This document shows, piece by piece, positions 52,200-64,000 of a stretch of 64,000 bases of DNA. Where the stretch lies: contig OZ024743.1 of NCBI GenBank assembly GCA_964016885.1, positions 284,394,001 to 284,458,000 of the forward strand, given 5' to 3'. The first letter of the stretch is position 1, and each line of letters begins with the position of its first letter. The notes under the pieces are model-generated. The model made no database searches, was not told where the DNA came from, and saw nothing but the letters and a program-made list of their open reading frames with translations. This stretch comes from Eledone cirrhosa (lineage: Eukaryota). The translations under genes were made by a program, and so were the position numbers.

Positions 52200-52270
52200 C
52201 AAAGGCGAGTGCTAAGCTCTGATGATTACCAACAGTATGAAACAGAGATCTGTCAGCTTACCTCCCTTTG
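52200..52270 (+). ncRNA. Type I hammerhead ribozyme (minimal)
   Basis: Stem I TAAGCT/AGCTTA (extended by CAAAGG-GAG/CTC-CCTTTG), core CTGATGA 52219-52225, short stem II TAC-CAACA-GTA, GAAA 52239-52242, stem III ACAG-AGAT-CTGT, predicted cleavage after GTC 52254. Confidence 0.85.
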
Positions 52271-53607
52271 TTTGTTGAAAAAAGTCACTACTTTAAAAAA
52301 ATAGTGTAAGGTCTTCAAAATGTTTTTAATTAAGCATACAGTATATTGCCAAATATATTATATATACATTCATATATATATTTGTATATGTTCTGTAATT
52401 TTCTTCTCTTTTGGGCATACTTTTATAAAATCTACTCGAATTATGAATACTACCTTTCAAAAAAATATAAAAAAAGCTAATGATAAAGTAAATGACAAAT
52501 CAATCAGTATAAAACTGAAAACCTTCAAAATTTTTAAATAGAGTGGAAGTGCTAATATAAAGGGCCTGGAGTAAAATCAAAGGTAGTAAATAACAACCAG
52601 TAGGAATTGAACCCATGCCTCCCAGCTGCCATTTTGGTGGAGGAATCAGTTTAATATTAATAGAGACAAGTTCAACAGTAAAAAATATTTTTTTACAAAT
52701 ATCTTCAAACAATTTTAAAAAATCCTAAACTATTTCAGAATGAAGATACACTAGAGTTTATTTGACTATTAAATTTGGCCTAGCATCTACAGCATATTGG
52801 TTAGTGCTCTAAGCTAGCAGACAGGTTCAGATCCCATTCTTTGCACTCGTTTGATTATATTTCACTTATAAATTTACTCAGTTTAAAATCCATAAAAAAA
52901 TGTATTCTAAGACTAGTCCTGAAAAAAAAAAAAATATTGTAAATATTTTATCCTTTTTTTTTTTATTTGACATTTGTTTTGACATCTGTTTAATGCAAGT
53001 AATGGATGCTAGTTCTATACCTGTGAATAATTAGTACTTTGTTTTATTAACCCTTCTCCAAAAGCAAGAAACTTAGTATATCTATCACAGCCCACTCATC
53101 ATAAGAAACACACATTTCTTTTGCATGGAACGTAAACTGATATATTCTCGGCTAGTCTTCTCATTCCTGCCTTCCACCAAATTCCTCAAATGACTTAAAC
53201 AGTCATATCTATTTCTCCATACAACTTTCATGATTGGTTACCAGCTTCGTTACATCAAAAATAAAATTACTACCTTTAAACTAATAGCACTAGACAAGGA
53301 AAAAAAAAAAGACATCATAAAATACATTTGTCTGCCAGACTTCCTCATTCTTTTTGCATAGCAACAAACCTTTACTTTTAGGATAAATAAATAAATGTCC
53401 AGGTGAGTTTAGAGTTGTAATTTTTGTTTTATAGTATATTAACCCTTCAGTTATTCAATATAAATTAATTCAGAATTTAAGAGCATTAATGTTTTTCTTT
53501 TTTAAATAAACAAATGATTTAGTCAACATGGACTACCAAAATATTGAAATAAGAATATTTAGTGGAGCAGGAACTTACTATTACATAGGAAGAAAAAGAT
53601 GAGGAAG

Positions 53608-53791
53608 ATAATTGTTTCTACTTTAGGCACAAGGCCAGCAATTATCCAGTGCATTACTGGTACTTTATTTTATCGACCCCGTAAGGATGAAAGGCAAAGT
53701 CAACCTCGGCGGGATTTGAACTCAGATCATAAAGGGACGTAACTATGCTGGAAAGCATGGCGTCCGACCCTCTACCGATACTGCCAATCCA
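53608..53791 (-). mobile_element. SINE family A, near full length
   Basis: Reverse-complement match. Confidence 0.85.
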
Positions 53792-55227
53792 AAGTAAAAG
53801 AAGAGTGAATGAAGAGGGTGAGTCTGAAGCAAAATAGAGAAAAGTATCAACTACTAATTTTCCCACCAAGGAGCTTCTATGCAGTCACCTGAATTGCTTC
53901 ACATATTAGCCAAGTTACACTCAATGAACTCCTTACCATATTTTAAGTGGTTTAACACATGGTTTGATTCCTAAATCTTAAGACTATGTTCCAGAACAAA
54001 GATGGGGTAAAACTACTAAATCAACTAATCATTTTATCAGCTAACTACTAGCTAGCCATATGTCTACTCCAGCAGAGCTCACCATGGCTGAACAACAGTA
54101 ATGAAACTTCAAACAAAAATATAACTGTATTGACTTCACCAAACAAATCTAATAGTGCACTTCACAAATACAGACAAGTCCATTTTTCTCTACTACTTTA
54201 AAAAAATAGGTAAAATGTTTAAAATAATCTATAAATAAATCAGATGAGACTTCAAGTGCTGTTGCTCATTGTGTTCAACTCTGGCTTCATTGTATTAAAT
54301 GATAAATGTACGAGAGTAGAAAGCAAACAGACATTAAAAAGTGCATCAATGTTGTTTACAAGGGGCTGACCAATGTGAAGTTTCCAAATTTGAATGACGG
54401 TATACTTGGGAAAATGAGAATATCTTTAAAGAGATGACAGTCTGTAATCTTCTCCCTCAGTGATAAATAAGGGGTGTAGAAATATCACTATTGAGGATGC
54501 AAAGAAAATATAGAAGTCTCCCAGTATATTTTACAGTGCTGATAACTAGTCAGCTCTGATATTATGAAGTTAAACAAATGAGAAATATAGGATATTCATC
54601 TATCTCTGATTAATATTCTCAGATCTGGTAACATTTAAGTGAAAAGGGGTTTGTAAAAATAAGTGTGGTGCTGAAATACACAACAAAACATCTGCAAGGG
54701 ATTTGAAATATGGTCCTACAATTGATAGTTCAAAACTATTAATTCAGCCATTTCAAATCTTAATAACATATGTACAACTCTTTCCTTTCATTTACACACA
54801 CATACATACATGCATGCACACATACATATATACACATACATGAATGCATACACATAAAACATACATAAACATATGTATATACAAGCAGACAGATATTTAT
54901 TTATTAAAGTTTAATGTTTAAACAGTCAAGTTTATCAAATTAATAAATAAATATATCAATACTTCTCTTTACATTGTTGGTAGCACAAATTTACAAAACT
55001 CACACACACATCCTGTTGATAAGGAAGTATTTACATGTATGTGACAATCTTAATATTATGTTTATTTTTCCATGCTGGCATGGGTATATGCACCCAGCAA
55101 ACTCTGTATGGTGGATGGTATTAGAAATGGCATCCAGCCATTAAAAACTATGGCAAATATGGAATGTTTGAGCATGTCTCAGTGTGTGACAGACCATTCA
55201 ACCTATGCAAGTGGAGAAAGCAGACAT

Positions 55228-55237
55228 ATGATGATGA

Positions 55238-55310
<73 letters not shown>
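55228..55310. repeat. (GAT)n(TA)n microsatellite
   Basis: Directly visible. Confidence 0.97.
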
Positions 55311-55313
<3 letters not shown>

Positions 55314-58300
55314 GCATGGGAGAAGGGTAGGGTGATTAGGATGTGGGTGGAGTGTTATATTGTGGGAGGTGCATGGAAGGGGGATAGAGGATAGGGGCTA
55401 AGTGGTACATACTAGATATATGCTTCAAATTGTGCACATAGGAAGGTGGGTCTTCTGTATTACTGCATAATGCCATAGATCTCAATCCTGTGTCATCACC
55501 TTTCAGAGGTGCAATCATGCAAGGCCAGCTTTAAATCTTAGAATTCAGGAAGCAATTATCATTAACAAACTCACACCACATATCAACAGCAGATCAGAAT
55601 TTAACACACAATTCCTAACTTAACCAACCACACACACCACCGACTAATTAGACTTCAGCACACAACACATAAACAAAACACTAAACATACAACATATTTA
55701 ACATGTAAATGCACGGCAGACTAATGACAAGCTACAGTCTGGCACAATATAACTATTGCATAACAATATCTATTGTACAATAATAATACGTGTGCTTAGC
55801 GCAGTGCCTATCAGAACTTATATCAACACACAACACAAACAAAACACTAAACACATTAAAACATGAAAACACACAGCATACCAACAGCAAGCCGCAGCCA
55901 GGCACACGACACCCGTTTGCCTATCGGAACTTAACACATAAGACCACCTCCAGCTGGTAACAGTGTATGACATACATATATGCCTGCATGTGTGCAGATG
56001 TGTGCATACATCATTCCTTGACTCGTATAGAGGTGTGTATAGAGGTGTATATATGCAAGAGCACACACAAAATACCCATTGCACAACAACGCAAAACCCA
56101 TTATACAATTATACCTGCATTACACCTTACTTGTTCCATGTCTAATAAAACAATTTGAAAATGGACTTTGTCTATAAACAAACTTGGTGAAAGCAACATG
56201 TTTCAATCTTACTATATCTCTTCAGAAAAGCATATTCAGTTAACAAGTTCCGCTAAACTAAGAATAGTCTCACACATACATGCATATATATATTGCATTT
56301 ATTGACAATGTGAAATGTTAACAACAAATAAAACATGTATGACAATTGATGAGTGCCAAATTTCGTGGGTATATTGGTGTGCATACTTGTTTAAATATGG
56401 AAGAGATAAAAGGAACAAAAGTGAAAAAAGAAAACTTCAGAGGATGTATGTGTATGCATCTCTCTTCCTGTGAACTGTATATGTACATGCGCATGTGTAT
56501 ATATACACGTGTTCATTATATGCATGCATATATGCATATGTTTTCACAGCATGATTGGTTAAGTATAATATTATGAATAGATATATATCTTCATTAATAT
56601 GGTTTGATTTAAGGTTCATCAGTTATTCTGAAGATTTACTACTTGTGGAATTAATAACAGCCCAATTGAGTGAATAACATCATGTATAAATATAAAAGTA
56701 TCCCTGAAGCTGTCAATAGCTGTTGTACTCTAATAGACATGAGAGGGCAATCTGTTGATGGCTAAGTCATTAGAGATTGATCAGTTAAAGGGTTGGCTGT
56801 TCATACCCCAGGCATAATGCAGTAACAAAACGCCTTCAAGTGGTCTCCCTATCTGCTAGACACAACACTTAAATCTCCATCATAGCATACCTTACAATCT
56901 TCATACAAAAGGCACATTAGGATAATGTGGAGACATTATGTCCATGAAAGAAAGCAGGATAGTCATGTCTAGAACATCCTATTATATTGAGGTAAGCAGA
57001 GTAAAGGGACTTTCTTCCAGACAGAAAATAAAAGCAATATATATATATATATATTGATGTTGATTTGGTTATCAATATTAATATTATTGGGCACCCACTG
57101 GAGAATTATAAGAGCCCACTTGTATAAGTATCTGTTGATCTTATACAAGCTTCTACATAATTTGGTATAATTTCACCCAACTTGTAGAAATCTTATAATG
57201 AAACGAGCCGCCTGGGAAGTGATATATTTGATATATCTCATATGAAATGATACAGCCAATTCTCCACACAATACAATATAGTTAGCACCCCGAACGTTTA
57301 ATTAGGAATATACTCAGATATTTCCTAATGTTTGTTGAGTGAGTTGGAATTTGGCCGGAGTATCGCTATTAGCTTTCTCCGTTTATGTATTTATATATAT
57401 ATATATAAACCTTTTTGTACAGCCGACCATGTACCACCGAAAGAGTTTAGCTTCATGAGCTCATACTGTGAATAAATGTATACTCTTAACTTCACAGTCA
57501 TTGTGTCTGCCTAAAATGTGTTTATTATACAGGCAGGTGCAGGGTCTTAGATTTGTAGTGGAGGAAGAATGTATATGTGATATTCATGGCTGATACCAGA
57601 GCCCAAAGGAACCATTGACCTAACTAAAGTAAAATGGCTACAACCAAAAATCACTACTGGATCATGGAATTGACTTGTCAGGAGTTTATTTTCTAATATA
57701 AAGTGGCTCTTTACAGAATGTAAGATCTGGCACAAAGATGTTTGATCTTAGAGATGTGATAATGCAGAATGGAAATTCATCGAAATAGGGTGCATGTGAA
57801 ACATGTCCATCTCATCTCAACATAGGAAAACAAATATTGAAGTGATGATAATGATAAAACTAATATATACATTGCTGATAGGAAGAGTATCCAGCCATAG
57901 AAAACCTGCCGAACAATGGGTCAGGATGACGTTGGTGCCATGATACAATTATTTTGGTAGAGCATGGGAGTGGTTGTAAGCGAGATGTAGAACCTTGACC
58001 TGTATGATAAAGTGTGGAATCATATGTGAGAAGCAGGCCCCCAGCCAATCAGAGAGGCCAGTAGATCTGCCTGAGTACTGAGTAACTGTGATGACCCATC
58101 CAACCCTTCCTAACAGGGAAAACAGATATTGGATGATGACCATGATGATGCGATTATGCAGATATGCATAATATGCTCACAGATATGCTGTTTCTTCTCT
58201 GTGCTTCTTCTACCACTGAAATAACCTTTGCACCCGAGGTTGCAAGCTGCATACTCTATCAAATCAAGCTCACTCAACACACCATCTCTCTTCCTGTTAA

Positions 58301-61300
58301 TGCCCTTGCTGTATAACACTTTCCACATGTTGCAATAAGCACTCCAACATTTTCAGAAAAGCATCTCTCTTGAATCCCACATCATCTCATGTTTTTCTTT
58401 CCCCTGCAAACGTTAAGCAACATATGATGATTCTAAATAACATTGATCACAGCATCACTAATATTATTTTTTAATATCCAAATATTTTTCTAGATAAGGG
58501 TTTATTTATACAACAGAAATATTGATCCCTACATCAAGATGCTATACATACACAACAAATTGTATGCATGTATTAATATGTAAAGCGTATTAAAAGGTTG
58601 AGCCAGACAAAAACCTCAGAAATAAGTGTTCTATTAATATTTCAAATACCTTTTTCAGGGTTTATTTTTCAACTAGGAATAATGAATGAATTATTACTAA
58701 GTGGAAGAAGTATATATGATGTGAATTATAGAATGGATGTTTAAAATGCTAATGGAAGGTTAATACAAATGGCTCAGTAGGATTCTTTTAGTGGGACATA
58801 TTTAGATGAGAAATTCTGACACCATAAACAACAATGGACAGCAAAATAATAATCAAATCCCCAAAACACAATATATCCATTATGTGCTACATATTGACTA
58901 ACAATAGCACACACTGCCTTTTCAGACCTACTAATCGAATATTGATGCTTAGTAAATCACAAGCAAGTTATCTAAATATATTAACTGAAATATAAGCAAT
59001 GTACACACCCGATCTTTCTTGATTGCTTTCACCACTATTATCACCATTGTTACTAGTGCCACAGATCACAAAGTACTAATGTTGGAAAGGAGCGAAAGAA
59101 AGAATAAGAAAAAATAAAATAACTAAAAGACACTCATCAGTTGTTTACTCTATCAGTGTATATATGAATGTACTTAGTTAAATCCTACAATTCAAGAAGT
59201 GACCATTGTACAAGTTACCATCATGTAGTGGTCTGTTGTATGTGTGTGTGTGGGGGGGGGGGGGGGGAATGAATGCAAATCTATTCTAATTCTCAAGGAA
59301 TTTTTATGACTGGTGCATTAAAAAAATTAATTAAATTCAGTAGGGGGAAATGCCCCTGATCTTTGCAAGTGAGAGGAATGCAGGAGATGGCAAATCTAAA
59401 CATCTGTAAGTCAATGTCTTTAGGAAAAAAAACATGGGTGATGAGTGGAAGAAAAGGAGTTTAAATGATACCAACTGATCAAGTGATCTGGTCTGTTTGG
59501 AACTCTTACAACAGACCAGATTATGGTGTTAACCTGAATAGTGTGATAGAGTTTCTCTATCTTGAGCATCATAACTATTTATCTTAAGAAATATTGCCAT
59601 AAAATCTGGTATCTTTTCCCAAAACCGAGTGAACTTAAATGTGTTGAATTTAGCATACTGCCCCCAAACAAACCTAACACCTGTCTAGTCAAAACAGGAG
59701 CCTCTAAGTGATTTTTGACTTGCTAGAAGTAACAGCCAGATCTTTAATAAATCCCATTCTATTATCTGAAAAGAAGAACATTGGGTAATGTAGTTCTGTA
59801 AACTCAAAGAAAAAGATGAGATGATCACATCTGGAAAGTCTTTGAACAACAGATTGTTTAGTTAGGGTTGGTCTGGGGCTAAACAATACTTGCTGTAGAT
59901 TTGAACTCAAAACCTTGAAGCTGATGATCCGATAAAATATCTACTCAACCATTTTGCTTCTATTGTTGATCTTGTTTAGCCCTAATTATAGTAGAAATAT
60001 GATTAAAAGCATTCAAGCCATGGCTATCCAATATTTTTTTTATTTTCAGGTTTAGTACATTATGTCCTTCTCTTTTAAAGTCACAAAGCTATTTCTATCA
60101 GACCGATCAACCATATAGGTTAGCTGCTTGTACTGTAGTGTAATGTGGTAATGAGGGTTTATATAATGTATCTATTTGTAGTCCAGGCTAAACATATACG
60201 AGGTTCAGGTGATACCTGCACTACTGATAAGCAAATATGTTGGACACATTTGAAGTAGTTCTTATTTTATAAAATTTATTAGTGTTTAGCAAATTTAGTA
60301 TGAGCAAATTAAGGTAACTGACACTACAGCTCATTTCATATGTATTTTCTTTTATTACTTATGCCAATGTGGCAAACAGAGACATAAATAAATAATGATT
60401 AATTATGATGACGATAATGATGATGATCTATTCTATACAAATATTTCCTCTTACTCATTCTAATCATTATTATTATTTTATACCCTCCCAGTGCATGGGA
60501 GGAAACCGAGAGTCCTTCTTTGAACTAAATGAAACTATGTTTGATAACCAGCAAAAATGAACAGTTTAGTAAAAAGATAAGCAATCCCTGTAGGATCAAA
60601 CATTTGCCAAGAGATTGAAATTTCAAAAGCCAAAATAATTGGCAATTATACTTTATCTATTTTTTTTCTTCTTTTGGGGAAGGAAGGGTAGATTATAAGA
60701 GGCAAGCTCTAGTCTGTTGTGGTCATTTAGTGTGATAAACATACACAATATATTCTAGTACATGATTTGATATAAAAAAAAAAAAAGAATATATAATCAG
60801 TGTCAGACAATATTGGATGGCAAGAGAATACACAAATGTCTAAGGAAATTTTTCCAAGACTTCTATTTTCAAACACATCATTAGTGTAATGTGAATTTTC
60901 CTTTCACTAGTGAAACCAATGCTCAGTGTGAGAAAACATTACATTTTAAATAGTATCAATAAAAAGATAAATACATATATGGATAAATACATTTCTTTCC
61001 AAAAGTATACAATTCCCAATGTCGGAATGAAATAAAATAACTCATTTCATATACATTTGTTCAGTGGTGGAAATACTTTGGTTAAGCTGGATATATACAA
61101 ATTCCATATTCAGAATTCCCAATATCTTTTGATTATTAGGTTAGGTAGGATGAGCAAAGTCAACTAGAGATTACTGGAAATATAACAGAGAATAATTTAT
61201 AATATACTAATTATTACTAAATATCTGCAATAGTACAGCAAGCAGAACACTCTTATTCATGGGAGGGTCGTGAGGGCAGAGTCCTCAAACACACCTTCCA

Positions 61301-61673
61301 GCAGCTCCTAACAGAAGCAACTGTCTCCAATTGATCCATTTGGATCTCCAAGCAATAGCAACTGAGCTCATGGATGTTATCCAAACATTTTGATCAATGT
61401 CTGCCTCTGGGTTTCCTGCCAGTTGGTTTTGCCTGTAAAATCAATCCAGCAATTCTTTCTTTAGATACTCTAACCACATGTCCATAATATCGGAGCTGCT
61501 GACCATCAAAATATAAAAATTAAAACGTATAGCACCTCATTTCCAGCATTGATTTCATTCTAATATGTGAATTTTGTTTGATATGCCTGTTTTCATCCAT
61601 TACCATTATAAATATTGTCTTATCTCTGTCTCTACTACTCCTATGAAAAATGCTAATTTTCTACCACCATTGC

Positions 61674-61896
61674 TTAACCCTTCAGCATTCAAGCCAGCCA
61701 TATCTGGCAAGAATTCTCTCACCTCTTTCTGTTCAAACCAGCTGTAACCGGTTGCTCATACTGATGTTAAGGTATTGTTCTCAAAATAAATAATATCAAA
61801 ATCCCATAGATTCGATAAGTGAGATAATTATGTGAGGTAAAGCTTTTACTGTGAAAATATAGTATAAATAGAGTAATGTAAATGCTAAAGGGTTAA
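61674..61896. mobile_element. piggyBac-like MITE (~220 bp, TTAA TSD)
   Basis: TTAA-CCCTTCAGCATT...AATGCTAAAGGG-TTAA terminal inverted repeats; interior shared with four other copies. Confidence 0.85.
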
Positions 61897-64000
61897 ACTC
61901 ATTCTTTCCATTCAGTTCTGATTTTCACATCACACTTCACCTTAGAACCATAGAGTCAAAGTGGATATGGCAGTGGACTACAAATTCACAGTAAAACAAA
62001 GGACCCACTGAAAACATTTAAAAAAATGACTTTTCTCAATGCACATGAACATATCATGTTTTACATAGTTATGTTTTTGTTTTATTGTTGTTGCTTTGGT
62101 AGAAGCAGAAGGAACATCATTAGTTTCCTCAGATTCTAGTAAGTCACCCACTTTGTGTTTATGTTATTTTGGCTTCAGCGTTTAACTTCTCTAGAGTTTA
62201 AATTAAAAGAAAACAGCTAAAATAATCAGTCATTTCCAGTAAAGTCTAGCAAAAGTCTTGGAACCAGATACATCATACCAATGTTTTTATACCTGAAATG
62301 AATAGATTAACTGGTGAATCTTCTTCTGGTGAATCACCAATCCTAATTGACTGACAATATATCTAGCATCTATTGAGCATTAGGATTACAGCCAGACTAT
62401 ATAAAACTATGTAAAAAGGTTTTGCACACATGGAAGTAATTTTTGTTTTCACATGACTACATTTGTTTATGATGCTTATATTCATATAGAGTAAATTTAT
62501 TTATATGACTAAACATGACTATTTGCCTCTATATATGTATGAGTGTGTATGCATTTGTGTGTGTGTATTAGTGAGTGCTAAAAATGTCAAGCCCAAAGCA
62601 AGGTATGGTAGATAAATCACATATGATTTTTCACACCTGATTTTCGGAAGTAAAACATTGCAATTTATATGTACATATTGATATCACCATTCAATCACTG
62701 CATCACAATTTTCAGACCCTATAAAAATTTCTTTCTAAATCTTGCTTCAAGAACTCTATCATTAGTAACTATTAAGAATTTAAACTGGACATTAACTACA
62801 GTAATCTCAATACGTTATCACCCCATTGCCACTATCACTGGTCTGAGAACTGTTCTTCTTCTTCAAATACGAATAACATATAGCCACCCATCATTATACA
62901 GAGTGTGTTTACTATTACTCATCAAAACTATTTGTATCCATCTTACATTTTTCTTCATTATTTATAAACACATGATATTGTTATTTAAACATACAGCATT
63001 TGTTTAAAATAGACATGATATTCACAATGTTTTGAACACCTTGTTTTAGTGCTCATGGTAAACCACTGGTTTATATATTTGTATGTCAGGGGTGTATTGT
63101 GCAAAGAATGCTACTAATGTTTCCATACTCTTAACCTCTATTTCACATGTTCTGTACAAAGTAAACTGTCACTCTCACATATGGCATTTATAATGTAAAA
63201 TGATATTAAAATTTTCCAAGTGAGATCATGTACGTTTGTTTCACAATCATAAAATTGTAGGTATTCTACAAATATATATTTACAGCATTTCTAGTTCACA
63301 TTTTGTGCACTAATCATACTGTAATTTTAACATATGATATTTATCTTGTAGACCAATGTTGAAATTTACTAAATCATTATTATGTTCAGCACACTTTGTC
63401 TTAGTAGTACATTACTGACATACATTACCAGTATGCTACTAACTCACACACACACTTATGCACGCATGTGTGTGTGTGTGAGTAAACATGCATACATGTG
63501 TGTAGATGTGTAGGTATAGTATACTCTGGGTACTGAAATGGTGTGGGAGTCATAATAATACTGTAAATTTGAACAAAATAATATACAGTAATATTACACC
63601 TACCCACACACATACTTGCACACAAGCATATAATGTGTGTGTGTGTATATATATATATAGATATATATATACATGCATGTTCATAGACAGAAAGAAATTC
63701 ACCTAGTATTATCAATAATCAAAAGTTCAGAAACACTATTGCAACACAAATTAAAATACAATTATTACTTTGTAATTATCTGATACAGCTCCAGCAATAG
63801 ATTTTTTTATCTGCCTTTTAATATTTGGTTGAAACAAGACTGTGCAATAATTACTGATATTATTAATGAAAGACCAGTAATTACTCTATATTACACACGA
63901 GGACTAAATACATGTACATAGGTAATTTTAGGTATATATGTAAAAGCACACACACACACACACATCTATATATACATCTATCTCTCTCCTTTTATATATA

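Larger units (their letters stand above)
51568..52380. mobile_element. Non-autonomous Penelope-like/retrozyme element: inverted and partially tandem copies of a ~305-bp unit, with a hammerhead in each full unit
   Basis: 51568-~51955 is the reverse complement of ~51996-52380. The unit restarts at ~51875 (ATATATAGTATATTTGGCAATATAC). CTGATGA...GAAAC...GTC core in each arm; TA-rich ends. Confidence 0.8.

Overview
AT-rich, microsatellite- and retroposon-dense eukaryotic DNA. The repeat landscape suggests a coleoid cephalopod such as Octopus (inference). Almost all ORF-track entries are spurious. The only host coding sequence I can support is one 106-bp minus-strand exon (32888-32993) encoding the domain I S1 helix of an L-type (Cav1) calcium channel alpha-1 subunit. 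It is preceded by a U12-type branch point and an AC 3' splice site, so the window is probably two very long introns, the upstream one an AT-AC minor intron. The introns hold a 5'-truncated RTE LINE with a PHD-like finger inside its RT, several tRNA-derived SINE families, TTAA-flanked piggyBac-like MITEs and DNA-transposon relics. The most notable signal is a population of small non-coding elements, often in (TA)n tracts, carrying minimal type I hammerhead ribozyme motifs of the Penelope-like/retrozyme kind. Three look intact (38420-38488, 51675-51745, 52200-52270) and about ten are decayed or half motifs. They include a ~810-bp fold-back with two opposed ribozymes, and several lie in the sense orientation of the channel pre-mRNA. 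All calls were made by eye and repeat boundaries are approximate.
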